DNA of 64,000 nucleotides, taken from NCBI RefSeq assembly GCF_009914755.1, contig NC_060946.1; one strand, 5' to 3'. Under the pieces are notes generated by a model. That model saw only the letters and a program-made list of their open reading frames with translations, searched no databases and was not told where the DNA came from. Position numbers and translations under genes: made by a program. Position 1 is the first letter of the stretch. Every line of letters starts with the position of its first letter. Positions 11,459-25,090 of the stretch are shown here, piece after piece. Source of the stretch: the human T2T-CHM13v2.0 reference genome, Homo sapiens.

Positions 11459-13270
11459 TGATGGTTTGCTTCTTCCCAGTTGCCTGCGGTGCTTGTGATG
11501 GGCAAGCCTGCTTGGGTCTCCTCTGAGCTCCTGGCCTCTCTGTTTCAGCACCTTGTCCACACAGCCCTACACTTCCCTTCCTTTCTGCTCATGGCTGGCC
11601 CCACATGGTGGCCACAGTTAATTTCCACTGGTATGAGATATTGTGCAGTCTCTTGATTCATCATCTGGTTTGCTAAAATGCTCTTTGACAGCCCTGCACA
11701 CTCCATTACACGTTGTCAGCTAGAATCACAAGCCTCACGTTGGAGGCTGCACTTTAGATGGGAAGATGACGTGCCCAAGGTCACACAGCTGGTCGATGCA
11801 GAGCCACCTAGGAACTCGAGGCTGTAACTCTAGGTCTCTTTATAAACCAGTGTCTAGAGTCAGAGACATGAGACTCAGGCAGAGAGACCCCCCCCACCCC
11901 CCGCCACTGACTTTCATCATTTGAAACAATGGAGAGACAATCAAGTGCAACATCAAATAGCAGGAGCTGAAAGATGGCTTCGAGATGGGGCCGAGAATGT
12001 GGACCACAGAGCCCAAGAGGCAGCGAAGGTCTCCCCACTGCACCCGAGCACTTCGTGTTCAGGATCCTGGATCCCCAGCACATCAGTTGCAACTTACAGA
12101 GCAGAGCCAAGACATGAAAGTGAAGCGCCCGAGGGGACCTACATTTTTCAACAGGGAGAAAAAAAGTGCTTAATTATATCTTTAAGAGGCACAGACACGC
12201 CAAGGGATACCAGCAGCGTCTGAGACCTGAAGCAGAAATGCCAGGGATGAGGATTTGGAAGATTAACACAATTGAACTCAGCACTGTGGCCTTTTTTTTC
12301 TTTCTGGGGCTTCGGAAAGGTAGGAGGCAAACACCCTGGCAGGTAAGACAGACAAGCCAGGTGTGATGGAAATGCACCTCTTTGTCCTGCCTTTTACTGC
12401 TGGGGTGGTCCTTCCAAATGAAACTGCTCTCACCCGGAGCCTTCAGTGGCTCCCCTTTCCTTCAGGACAAAGTGTTGTCTTCGTTCCTAGATTGTGAGGC
12501 TTCAGGGACTGATTTTCCTTCTTCCTTCTCTCCTTCCTTCACTCTCTTTTCTTCTTCTTCTGCCTTCATCTTACGACGTGTTCATGGCAGAAGGCCTGCC
12601 ATGGGCCTGCCAGGGCCTGGGTTGGGGATGGTGGGGCAGAAATGAGCTGACACTGTCCCTGAACAAGGAGGCCGACTGTGAGCGTCCCCTGCAATGAGCA
12701 GGTGCAGTGTTGCAGTGGAAAGAGACCAGGTGCCAGGTGACATAGGGGGTCCAGGGAAGACTTCTGTGAAGACTTCTATGAAGCATTCCAGCTGGTCCCA
12801 GTGTCTGGCACATGAGACATGGCAAATCAGAGTCTGTAGGATCAAGTGGATGGATGGAACCAGGCCCCTGGTGGCAGCTCTCATGTTTGTGATGCTGCAT
12901 GTGGGCAGCGAGTGTTCCTTGCTACTTCTTCCTCCTTCCCTTGCCTCCCTGTGTTAGAGAAGTTGGTGGTGGTTCTGAAAGAACAGTGGTGTAGAATTCG
13001 TGATGGGGAGGCAGCCAGGAAATGACCCAGCTTCTTGGTTCTCTGAGACTGACGAAGTGAGGTCCTGGGGCAGTCCCCACCAGATGAGGCACGTGGCTCA
13101 GCCTCATCTGCCTGCCTCTCCCCAAGATTGACACCGTTCCCAGAACCGGCCTGAAACTTCATATTTTTGGGCTTTGCACTTGTCCTTCCTGCTTCCTTGG
13201 CTCATATTTATTCCTCAAAACCCAATTTAAAGCTTCCTGTTTAAAGCTCCTCTGTGCAGAGTAGCCTCTA

Positions 13271-13655
13271 ATGGATGGGTGGGTGGATTCATGGGTGGGT
13301 AGCATCTAATGGATGGGTGGGTGGATCCATGGGTGGGTGTGTGGGTGGATGGACAGATGGGTTGATTGGTGGGTGAATGGATGGATGGTTGGATCCATGG
13401 GTAGGTGAGTGGATGGATTGGTGGATAGATGGATGGATGGATGGATGGATGGATGGATGGATAGATGGATGGGTGAGTGGATAGATGGATGGATGGATGA
13501 GCAGATGGTTGGGTTGATGGGTGGGTGAATGGATGGATGGTTGGATCCATGGGTAGGTGAGTTGATGGATTGCTGAGTGGGTGGGTGGATGGATGGATGG
13601 ACGGATGGATGGATAGATGGATTGGTGAGTGGATGGTTGGGTTGATGGATGGTTA
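13271..13655. repeat. (TGGA)n / (GGAT)n compound simple repeat
   Basis: Direct reading. Confidence 0.95.
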
Positions 13656-14586
13656 TGAAGCTATGAAGAAAAGTGGTATCAGAATCTTGATTCTGCAGGC
13701 ATTTATTTGGCATCTATTATGTGCCAGGAACTGAGGACCAGCTGAACTGTTAAGGTCCTCTTTCATGAAGTCCTCCCTAGCCACTGGCCTGGGTTCAGTC
13801 GAGGTGAGGGCAAGGAGGTGGAAGTCATGCTTGAACTAGCCTGGAGATGGAGGAAACCTGTTCCCCAAACCAGAGCCCAGGAAAATGTGGCTAGGCTGGA
13901 GGAGTGTGGGCAGGTCCGCTGACAGGGCATGGCCTGGGAAAGGGGGTCCTGGGTTGAGTGGGGTTGTGCACAGACTGGGAGATGCAGTGTGGACTTCAGG
14001 TCAGAGGGGAGGGATAGAGAAGCGGATTTGGAAGGTCAGGAAGGGGTGCACATTCCTTGAGCGCCTGCTGTGTGCAGCCGTACAGTCTGTTGTTCGACCC
14101 TCGCAGCATCCCTACTTGTTCTACCTTAATAACTTTTCTTGTTAAATGCAAAGAACCTGAGAAAATCCAGGCCCCGAATCTGACCATCAGTGATTCAGCC
14201 TAGCGCCTCCCTTCCCCTTCACAGCACCCTTTTCCCTAGTGTGGTCCTTCCTTTCTAGTTGCTCGTCTCACCACGCAGCTGTTTACAATCAGCTTGGAGC
14301 TCTGGTCTTCAGCCATTGTAGAGACCAAACCTCGTGAAGTACTCTGGTGCAATGTATTTAGGGACAATCATTTTCTATATGTTCAGGGCTTTCCTCTCTC
14401 ATAAATCAGTCCAAGAGAAATACTTAACACCTGCTGTATGTTTCTAAGAATTCAGCCACGCTTTGGCTGGGAGTCAGATCACTTTAAATATTAGAATGCT
14501 TTTTGATAGCCAGTGGTCATTTCTCAGTGGAAAGAAAAAGGATGACATCGAGTTTGATTTGTTTCTGATTTTGAAGGTTGCTGGGG

Positions 14587-14899
<313 letters not shown>

Positions 14900-15239
14900 A
14901 AAGGTTGCTGTTTTTAATCCCTGTTCATAGAAGAGGAAATTGAGACTCAGGAAGGTCAAATAATCCATCTGGGGGTCCTACCACGGAGCCAGGTCAGTTT
15001 GTATCCTGCAGGTCTCAAAGGGCCTACTTAGAACGTCTGTGGCAGGTCCCTGTCCCACATGGAGCTCGCTGCATGAGCACTTTCTTCTTTCTTTCTCTGT
15101 CCCCAGACTGACCCCTGAGGACAGACCTTCAGTTTCTCTACATTCTTATTTAGCCAGTGCCAGGCACACGTAGCATGCGCAGACCCTCTGTGCATTGGAA
15201 CTGTTGATAATATTAATGGTCCCACATGCACCAGGAGTG

Positions 15240-15730
15240 TGTATTTAAATATAGACATTTAAGATAAATATATAAATATATCAACATAAGAATATGATAA
15301 TTATATATACATATATCAACATAAGAATATGATTACTATATACATATATCAACATAATAATATAATTATATACATATATCAACATAATATAATTATGTAC
15401 ATATAGCAACATAATATGATAATTATATATTTATCATGTTTATATTTTATATATAAATTTTAGAGTAAATGTAAACATTTTATATGAACAAATATGGATA
15501 TTTATATATAATTATATTTACATATAAATACACTTATGTGTAAATATAATTATATAATAATTATATAAATTTATATGTAAATTTATAAAATACACTTTAA
15601 ACTATTTAAAATACAGTTATATAAATTTGACATACTTTATAACATATATTTTTAATATATTGTTTTATATGTATAATAGTTATATATCATATATGAAACT
15701 ATATAATATACAGAAATATAATAATAACAG
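15240..15730. repeat. AT-rich low-complexity tract with degenerate ~30-bp subrepeats
   Basis: Recurrent (tac)atatatcaacataa units. Confidence 0.9.
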
Positions 15731-15740
15731 AAATAGATCT

Positions 15741-16030
15741 CTTTTTTTTTGGGACAGGATCTTGCTCTGTCACCCAGGCTAGAATGCAGTGGCACAATCT
15801 TGGCTCATTGCAACCTTGACCTTCCCGGGCTCAAACAATTCTGCCACCTCAGCCTCCTGAGTAGCTGGACTATAAGCACACACCACCATGCCTGGCTAAT
15901 TTTTGTATTTTTTGTAGAGACAGGGTTTTGCCACGTTGCCCACGCTGGTCTCGAACTCATGGGCTTGTGATCTGCCCGCCTAAGCCTCCCAAAGTGCTGG
16001 GATTACAAGCGTGAGCCACTGCACCCAGCT
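15741..16030 (-). mobile_element. AluJ-like
   Basis: Full dimer, diverged. Confidence 0.92.
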
Positions 16031-18361
16031 GAAACAAAGACATATCTGACTGTTGCTTGTGGAGGTGCCTGCCATTCCTCCCTACAGTGATTCACAGGCT
16101 CACCCAGCCTCTCCTTCTCCTTCAAGCCCCAAACCTCTGAATGCCAGGAAGGGTGGTAAGAAGTGTCTCTGCGCCTAGTACCAGTAAAGTTGGCAGGTCA
16201 CTGTGGCTAGCGGGGGCACCATTGTTGGCCTCGGGCCTGGGGAGAGAAAAATATGACATACAGGGGGCCCACGGGGGTACGTTAGGTTCAGCCCTGTAAG
16301 CCCACACTGACCCTGGTGGGCAGACCCAGCCCAGGGAGGGGCAGGCAGGAGTGACCCCGTCATCAGGTTCTGCTGGCGAGCCCAGGGTGGTGACAGGCGC
16401 ACGTCTTTTGCCGGGAGCTGAAGACGTTCATGGGCTTTCAAGCAGGACAAAGCTTCAATGTCATCACCAGGTAGCAGGCAGAGCAAGGGTGCTGACAGCC
16501 TGCAGAAGCCTGTGCTTATCTCTCCATCGGAGCTAAAGCCCATGTTTGCTTAGGGAACAGCCTGAAATTCCACCCCAGCTGCTGGGCCTTTCACTTTTGA
16601 AACATAAGCCCAGAGAGCGAAAGGGGGGAACGTTGTGCCCAGATTCTCTTTCTGAGCGTGAACTTGATGTTCCTGACCAGGAACCAGCCACTCGTACCGA
16701 AGGCCTTCCTGACCCCTCAGTTCTCCCCTGAGCCTTTGCTGTGTCCTGGGCACCAAGAGGTGGAGATAGGCTGTCACCGTGCACGTTTCCTAAGCCTGCA
16801 GAGGAACTGTTCACAGAATCCAGCCTGGAATCAGCCGTTTGTGGCAAACAGTCAGTAGCTATTTCTCAACGTGTGGTTGTGAAGCTGCAGGCTCCATATT
16901 CGCTCTTCACAGAGCATCCAAGCAGGTGTCTCAGTGCCAGCTCACACCGTTCACACTGCTCACACCAGCTCTGGAGAGCTGCTTGTACACATCTCTCCAC
17001 AAGTCCACTTTCAGTGTTGCCACGTGGTACCGGAAATTTGCCATAGAAATTGGCCGATGGTACGACCAGAGAGCCACCTGTTAGATAGTTACCCCACATC
17101 CCCACCCTCAACACCACCTTAGACAAATCCTACTGTCAGAACATGTGGAACGGAGAAGGGACCTTGGCGGTTCATTCATAAATGTCAGCACCCATAGGTC
17201 TGTGCCTGTTTGGCCGCAGACACTGGGGAGCAGCCTGTAGCCTTGGCTTGTGCAGCTTCCTCTGCAGGAGGGGTGCCTCTTCCAAGAAACCTGTCCTGAC
17301 TCCCCAGCCCTCCCCACCTCCATTCTCGCCCCCGCTGGACAATGCACACCCTCCATCAGAGCGTGGTGCATACCTTTCATCCTAGATCTCCCACCAGCTT
17401 TGAAACCAGCATCCTGTTCATGATGTCTGGAACCCTGGGAACTGTCCCAGCACCTGTTTAGCACATGTGTGCATGCGAAGGGGATCTGCTGAGTGCTCTG
17501 CTCTGGTGGGAAGGCCGCTCTGCACAGCTGGAGCTGATGCCTTGGCAGATGCTGGGCATCTGAATCGTGCAGTGCAGGAGCACAGGGGCATGGCACCGTT
17601 TGTTGCTGGGGAACCTAGGCCTCAAAAGGGCCTCAGCCTCTCCGCAGTGCAGTGAGGACTGTCCCATACTCTCACTGCGTACAGAGTATGGGAGAGTCTC
17701 TGTGAGGCTTTGGGTGCCCTGCAGAGGGAAGGCAGTGCCAGCTGGGCCTGGTCGGGGGCCATGGAGATGGCGGGCCCAGGCTGGGGAGGACTTGTGGCAC
17801 CCACTCCCTTACCCGCCAACCCGGATCCCCTGGAATCTGCAGAATGCCTGGGGTTGCTCCTCTTCTACCCTGCCGTGGCTGAGCTTTGTCTGTGCCCTGT
17901 CCTCTGGCCACGGTCTTTGCCTGATCCCTACCCTGGTACAGGCAGAGCTCCCTGCAACCCCCAGCTGTTTCCCCAGAACTGACACCAGTCTCCCTGCACC
18001 ACCCATCCTCCTTTTGACTGCCCTGGGGACGCCACTGCTGCTCTGATCCTCTGTCACTCCAGCCACCTCTTGCTTCCCTGTTATCACAAACACTGAACAG
18101 TGAGCTCAGGTGTCAGCCTCCACAGAGGCATGCACAGCAAGGGGTCCGGAGGCATGCCCCATGGAGAACTGGGGGTGCTCTGCTTGCAGGAGGATCCAGG
18201 GCCCATTGCAGTCCTCAGATGTTCTGGGGGAGAGGATACGCCTGCTTCATTTCTTCTCAGGGGTCAGAACTGGGCACAGGGGGTTGGAAGGAGGGAGAAA
18301 GATGTCTATCAGGTACCCACTGCATGCCAGGCCCTCTTCTAGGCTCCCTTAAAACCTTTCA

Positions 18362-18885
<524 letters not shown>

Positions 18886-19036
18886 TCAGGGGACTCGAGC
18901 ATCTGGCGTAGGATGGGACTCCATGAGGTCTATGCCTCCTTCTAGCTCTGAAACTCCTCAAGGGAAACCATTTCCCAGATCTCTACGTTGCTGCAGTCCC
19001 TTCTAACTTCCAGCACACCTTCTGCTCTCTCCGCAG

Positions 19037-19176
19037 GTGTCGTGCGCCAGGTGCGGCCCATCGTGGGCCCATTTCATGCCGTCCTGAAGCTGGAGATGAA
19101 CTATGTGGTCGGGGGCGTGGTCTCCCACCGAAATGTTGTCAACGTCCACATCTTCGTCTCTGAGTACTGGTTCTGA
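19037..19176 (+). CDS. FBLN1: Fibulin-1 isoform D, terminal coding exon (end of the fibulin C-terminal domain)
   Basis: After CAG, phase-1 exon translates (G)[45 protein letters not shown], matching the human fibulin-1D C-terminus as I recall it. Confidence 0.97.
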
Positions 19177-19865
19177 GGGCTGGTCTGCCGCACAGCCGCA
19201 GGTGCACCTCCAGGCCAAATCATTGCTGCCAGTGACTGTGGTCTGTACTTGTTTATACCCTCAGACTTTTTTAATGTTAGGTATTTGTAGCATTAGGCCA
19301 ACATGTATTAAGCTGAGCCAGATGAATAAGTCCATCTGATGTATTTTCGGTGTTTAAAAAATGAGCCCAGTTGCTCAACTGTTTGGTTGAAAACCTTGCT
19401 CATTTTTTAATGCGAAGGCTAAGTGTCACCCCCTTTCTCTGCCTCTGGCTGGGCCTTGCTAAGGGCCAAGGAAAGAAAGACATTTTTTAGGGGGCAGCCA
19501 GTCCAAATGCCAAAAGAAGACCAGTTCTTGCCCTGATTGTATGAAATTTGACATTTTGGCACTTTTTTTTTTTTTTTGGCCAATCAGATTTTCTATGTTC
19601 TAAGGACATGGCTGCTGTAGAATAGCACAGACGTGGATGATAAATTATCCCCAGAAGCAGCATGACAGAATGCCTCGGGGAGCACTTGGAAGGGAAATTG
19701 CAGTTCTGTTGAAATAGAGGAAAATCCCTTGGTAAAGACACAGCCTGTTAGGCTCGTGTGGGCCTCCAGTATGTTCACCAGGGGAATGGCTGGGATTTCT
19801 CGGCACTCTGCATCATCCATCTTTTCTTATAGGTGGGAAAATAAACAACTTTGTGATCCTCCTGA
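19177..19865 (+). other. FBLN1: FBLN1-D 3' UTR (end approximate)
   Basis: Sequence free of recognisable interspersed repeats between the stop codon and the first canonical AATAAA. Confidence 0.8.
19840..19845 (+). terminator. FBLN1: Polyadenylation signal AATAAA of FBLN1-D
   Basis: gggaaAATAAAcaactttgtgatcctcctg. Confidence 0.85.
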
Positions 19866-21274
19866 TGGCCTGTGCATGAGAGTCTTTCAAGAAGAGGGCT
19901 CTCTGCCAGCTCAGGAGTCTTCCGCCAGCTAAGGGACTGGAAATCTCCCCCCGCCGTCCCCCTGCCTCACCCCACCCAAGGTTGTCTCAGTGCTCCTCCT
20001 GCCCCTCAAGGTTCTGGGGCGGGGCCCAGCTTGTGTATTGGAAAAGCTTCCTACACACGTCGTTTTCAATGCCATGCCCACCCTCTGAGAAGTGTGGCTC
20101 GGGTTTGTTCCCTGCCCCATGTCCAGTGCTGCTAGGAAAGCCCAGGGCTCTGGCTTCTGTGTGACTTGCTTCCAATAGCATCCCTCGTGGCATCCTGATC
20201 CTCTCTAGAAATCCCTGGGGGCAAATAATGACCCTTCCGCAGCCATGAGTCCCTGCCAGACACAGGCCTGGGCCAGGCATTTGACATGAGGTGCTTCGCT
20301 CATTCCTCCTGGTGGCCCAGTGTGGTGGGTATGATCACACACAATCTTGAGATGGACAAACTGGGCTCAGAGAGAGGAACTTGGCTGCCAAAATTCACAC
20401 ATTTGAGAGACAAAGAGGGAATTCAAATTCCATTTATCTGAATTTAAGCCCTCTCTAAACCCTGTGTCAGCAATAGATATGGACAGACTGAATTTGTTGG
20501 GGGACTGACACCCCAATTGGCATCAGTGGCGGGGCCAGGGGCTCCCTGTGCCCCAGGGCCCACTCCGGCCTCCAGGGACTCAGCATCCAGGCTCTGTTTC
20601 CACACACGCCTCTCCTCCAAATCCTTCCCTAGGTTGATCCCATCCTCTTAGGTATGGACCCCATTTGTGGCTCAGAACCTCTCTCATCCTATGCCTCATT
20701 TCGCAGCCTGGACCCTAGCACTGGGTGAGATCTCAGCCCCACACTCAAGCCAACACCACTCCAACTCTCAAGAACATGGTCTCCACCACCTTTAGGAAGA
20801 CCTTTCCAAGGTCACTTATTTGGGTCACTGGTCCATCAAAGCCAAGCCTGGGCCAGCCAAGTACAAGGCCTGCTGGAGCCTTGGCCGCTGTAGCTGGTGG
20901 GAAACAAGAGGCCAGGTGTGGGGCTGGACAGTCCAAGGAGCCACATCCGGGGACAAAACAAGTGCAGGGGACATCCATGCAGGTCTTGATGCCAGGGAGT
21001 TAGGGAATTGGGGTCCTGGCAGGGAAGCAGGGCTGGGAGCTGGCTGCAAGAATGAAAGGAAGACTCAGGGGGAGGGGCAGGAAATAGAAAGGGACATGTA
21101 GGGGGAGTGCTGCCGCCCACTTGCAGCCTGGGGGCAAATCTGCCAGAGCCAGGCCGTTCTGGGCTCAGCAAAGCTGGTTTCTGGGAGCCTTCTTCAGTAG
21201 GGTGGGGTGGGAAGACCGAGGTGCAGGCTGCTTTGGGAAAAGAGTTTCCCATATTCCTAACGGGAGTTAGGGCA

Positions 21275-21546
21275 GGCCAGGTGCAGTGCCTCACACCTGT
21301 AATCCCAGAACTTTGGCAGGCCAAGGCAGGTAGATCACTTGAGGTCAGGCGTTCCAGACCAGCCTGGCCAACATGGTGAAACCTCGTCTCTATTAAAAAT
21401 ACAAAAATTAGCTGGGCATGGTAGCGGGTGCCTGTATTCCCAGCTATTCGAGATGCTGAGGCAGGAGAATCACATGAACCCAGGAGGTGGAGGTTGCATT
21501 GAGCTGAGATCCACTCCAGCCGGGGCAGAGGAATGAGACTGTGTCT

Positions 21547-21578
<32 letters not shown>
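21275..21578 (+). mobile_element. AluS with ~30-nt pure A tail
   Basis: Full dimer. Confidence 0.95.
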
Positions 21579-21583
<5 letters not shown>

Positions 21584-22949
21584 GCTAACATGGGAAGAGT
21601 GAATACAGAGCCAAGCCCCCTGCTGCTGATTGGCTTTTGAATGAGCACATGATCCAAGCTGTCCAATCAGAGTCCTGCCTCAGAGAGCCTGCCGTCTGGA
21701 GCAGAAGAGGGCAGGAGGGGCCCGCAAGTAAGCGGTGAGGGCGCCAGGTTGAGGAGCCCAGGGGAATAGAGGGAGTCCTGACCCTATCTGATTCAGAATC
21801 AGGGAGGCAAAGGCAGACCTCTCTCGGCAGGGCTAGCAGGGCGAGTCACTGCCATCGTCCGAGCTTCAGTTTCCACATCTGCAAAGTGGAGATTCCCAGA
21901 TGGCAGTGAGGAGCGCTGGAGAGCATGAGTGCAAGAGGGCTTTGTGCATTGCAAAGTGCTGCATCCGTGTGTGACGGCTTATTATCATTAACCGTTAAAA
22001 GCAGCGATGACGGTGATGACGATAATGGTTGCCACTGTCAATCGAGCCACATGAACGCGCTCTGGAAGCTTGGCATCTTTTCAATCCGGCATTTCCTTTT
22101 CTTAATCATCCTGGAGAGACTTGGTAGACAGTTGTGTAAATTACCCACCAGCTTAACTCTTCATATTTCATATCATGCTATGGGTTGGGCACCTGATGGA
22201 CCCATAAGTATCTCATTATACTTGCAAAGTAATTACTGTCAGAGCCTCGCATCAGCGGCATTAAGGGACCAGCTAATGGGAGCTGGAGGTGCCTCTGAGT
22301 TCCTCCACAACAGTGATTCCTTCTTAATTGTAGCCTTAGAACAAGATAACTGAGGGACATTGCTAAAGGCAAAGCAGTTTATAAGCAGCATGAGACAGCA
22401 AAACACACAGAGACACCAAGTTGAATCCTTCTTGTTGATCTGGTAGAAGAAACTTGGAGGGAAGGTCCCAGAAGGTGTCATAGAGTGGTATTCGACCAGA
22501 AAGCTGCCTGTTTTTTTTTTTTATTCCTAAGGGACATCTATTCTACTGTACAGAGGAAGTCTGTGGCATGTGTCAGAAGTGCCTGGGCTGCCCAGGGTCC
22601 TAGCAGGACCCGTTTTAACATGCAGGTGGGCATTGAGTGGAGGGTGCCAGGGCCCACCCAGCCAACCCAGCCAAGCCAGCCAACTAGAATTCGAGGAGGT
22701 AAGCCAGCTTTTCCAAAGTTCTCAAGTTTGTCCAGGTGAAAAAACACCTGGAAATCAAGGGTTTTTTTCCTAATATTGTAACATGAAAAATTTCAAATAT
22801 ACAGCCGAGTTGAAGGAATTTTACAGTGAATACCAGGGCACCTTCCACCTAGATTCTGCCACTGACATTTTATGAGATTCAGTTGCATTTTGAAGAAATG
22901 ACAATATGATGAATTAATAAATACAAATAAGAAACTTACAGTTTCTTGT

Positions 22950-23150
22950 AGGCTTGCGCTCAAATCCAGCCACTTACTAGCTGTGTGTCCTTGGGCACAT
23001 TGCTTAATGTCTCAGAGCCTTGGTTTTCTCTACAACGAAATGAAAATAAGGACACATACTTCACAGGAGTGATTGTTAGGATGAAAGGGGATGATTACGT
23101 AAAACAGTGCAAGAACTGCTACACAGGAGGTCCTCCATAAATAGTACTGT
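22950..23150. mobile_element. MIR
   Basis: caaatccagccacttactagctgtgtgtccttgggcacattgcttaatgtctcagagcct. Confidence 0.7.
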
Positions 23151-23596
23151 CATGACACACACACCCGAAAGGATAGTCTTTATTCAGTTAGATGCCACAT
23201 TTTATTAAAGTCTTGTGTGGACAAGAAGTGAAACCTCAGAGGAATTTATGAAGAATAATTGGAGGCACTTCCTTGTGACTTGGCTTCATCCGGACCGGAT
23301 GACTTCTGGGTGCCAGCAACAGTTCCCCATTTCCATTCACGTTTCCCCACATCGTTCATGCCAAAGAGATGGGTGCCAAGAGGCCATCCGTCTTCATCCT
23401 GGACATAGAATGAGACGGGAACTCACTCTTGAAGGACTTTTGAAGTCTCAGAGAAGAAACGGAGCCACCGTAGACCTTTTGAAATACGGCCTGTGAGAAG
23501 CACGGTGACAGTCACCATTACTACCAATAATCACATTACTCTTTGTGGGAAAAAAGACCTACTATGTGCCAGGAAGGCTTCGGTAATCATCTCCAA

Positions 23597-23671
23597 CACA
23601 CACACATTCTCTCACACACACATGTGCGCATGTGTGCACACACACACACACCACACACACACACACACACA
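23597..23671. repeat. Interrupted (CA)n
   Basis: Direct reading. Confidence 0.85.
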
Positions 23672-23745
23672 CTCCGCAGCCCTTCTGCCATGCCCAGCTC
23701 AGGGCCATCTTCTCCCACAAGGATGCCGGTCTCATCTCCTGAAAT

Positions 23746-24037
23746 GAGGTTGCAGTGAGCCGAGATTGAGCCACTGCACTCCAGCCTGGGTGACAGAGCG
23801 AGACTCCATATAACCTCTGCCTCCTGGGTTCAAGAAACTCTTGTGCCTCAGCCTCCCAAGTAGCTGGGATTACAAGCGCGTACCACCACACCCAGCTAAT
23901 ATTTTTTGTATTTTTTAGTAGAGACAGGGTTTCGTCATGTTGGCCAGGCTGGTCTCGAACTCCCAACCTCAGGTGATCTGCCTGCCTCAGCCTCCCAAAG
24001 TGCTGGGATTACAGGCATGAGCCACCGCGCCCGGCCT
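23746..24037 (-). mobile_element. AluS with its 3' ~64 bp inverted (23746-23809 is sense) and no A tail
   Basis: GAGGTTGCAGTG...GAGACTCCAT (sense), AT, then AACCTCTGCCTCC... (antisense). Confidence 0.9.
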
Positions 24038-24733
24038 GATCTCAGTCTTTAAGAGAGCAGCAGCTCATCTGTGGCCACTGCTTCCCAGGGACTTGCCAGA
24101 AGGGAGGTGCAGGGCACAGGGAAATAACCCACCTCTATCTGACGGCTTCAATGGTATCGAATGTCCTCAGTGGCAGCACGCAGCACAGAAGCTGAGGTGT
24201 GGCTGCATTCCATTTGGAGAATTCCACTGTGATTCATGGTGTCAGCTGCGGGTTCAAGGTGTCACAATTTAATTATTAAACATCATGAGGCATTTGGAGG
24301 CTTGGGCACGCACTGATAAGTGATCCATTTCTAACACAGCTGGTTTATTACTGTTTGTGGCAGCTCCTGCACGAATTGGTGTCCGTTAACTAAGCAATGG
24401 TATTATAATTACACATTTAAATTATGTATGGGAAGGGTGTCAGTGGTAGAAGTCAGACTGCAGTGATTACTTTCAGTCTTCAGACCTCCTGGATGTAGTC
24501 TCTCTGCAGATAGCTGTAACTCTGGCTTGTTTTCTGCTCATTTTCTGCAGACATGTAGAATCCACTGCTAGGGTCCACTGAGCTGTCTTCTGGGTGGTTT
24601 TTGGTGCTGCAGGAGATAAACACATGTGTCTTCCTGGTTGGACCCAGTTGATGCACTAACCTAATTCTGTCCTTTGCCTGCCCTGATCTCCATAGCCTGC
24701 TTCTTCCTGGAAATTTGCTGCTGCTGCTGCTTC

Positions 24734-25040
24734 TTTTTTTTTTTTTTTTTTTTTGAGACAGGGTCTCGCTCTGTCGCCCAGGCTGGAGTGCAGTGGCGTG
24801 ATCTCAGCTCACTGCAGTCTCTGCCTCCCGGGGGTTCAAACCATTCTCTCTGCCTCAGCCTCCTGTGTAGTGTGGATTACAGGCACCCCCCACCATGCCC
24901 AGCTAATTTTTGTATTTTTAGTAGAGATGGGTTTTCACCATGTTGGCCAGGCTGGTCTCGAACTCCTGACCTCAGGTGATCCACCCGCCTCGGCCTCCCA
25001 AAGTGCTGGGTCTACAGGCGTGAGCCACCGCGCCCGGCCG
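24734..25040 (-). mobile_element. AluSx-like
   Basis: Full dimer. Confidence 0.95.
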
Positions 25041-25090
25041 GAAATGTGCTTCTTTAGAGGAAAGCACCGTTGATCCCACCTCCTTGATCT

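Larger units (their letters stand above)
23162..24387 (-). ncRNA. Probable lncRNA convergent with FBLN1 (LINC01589 by recalled map position)
   Basis: Two minus-strand AATAAA (plus-strand TTTATT at 23179-23184 and 23201-23206); extent and name rest on recollection, not on the sequence alone. Confidence 0.4.

Noticed and set aside
13227-13713. HPSI-rich ORFs
   Set aside because: Translation of the (TCCA)n simple repeat
18988-19036. ORF-track N-terminal extension of the FBLN1 exon
   Set aside because: Intronic branch point and pyrimidine tract; the exon starts after the AG at 19036
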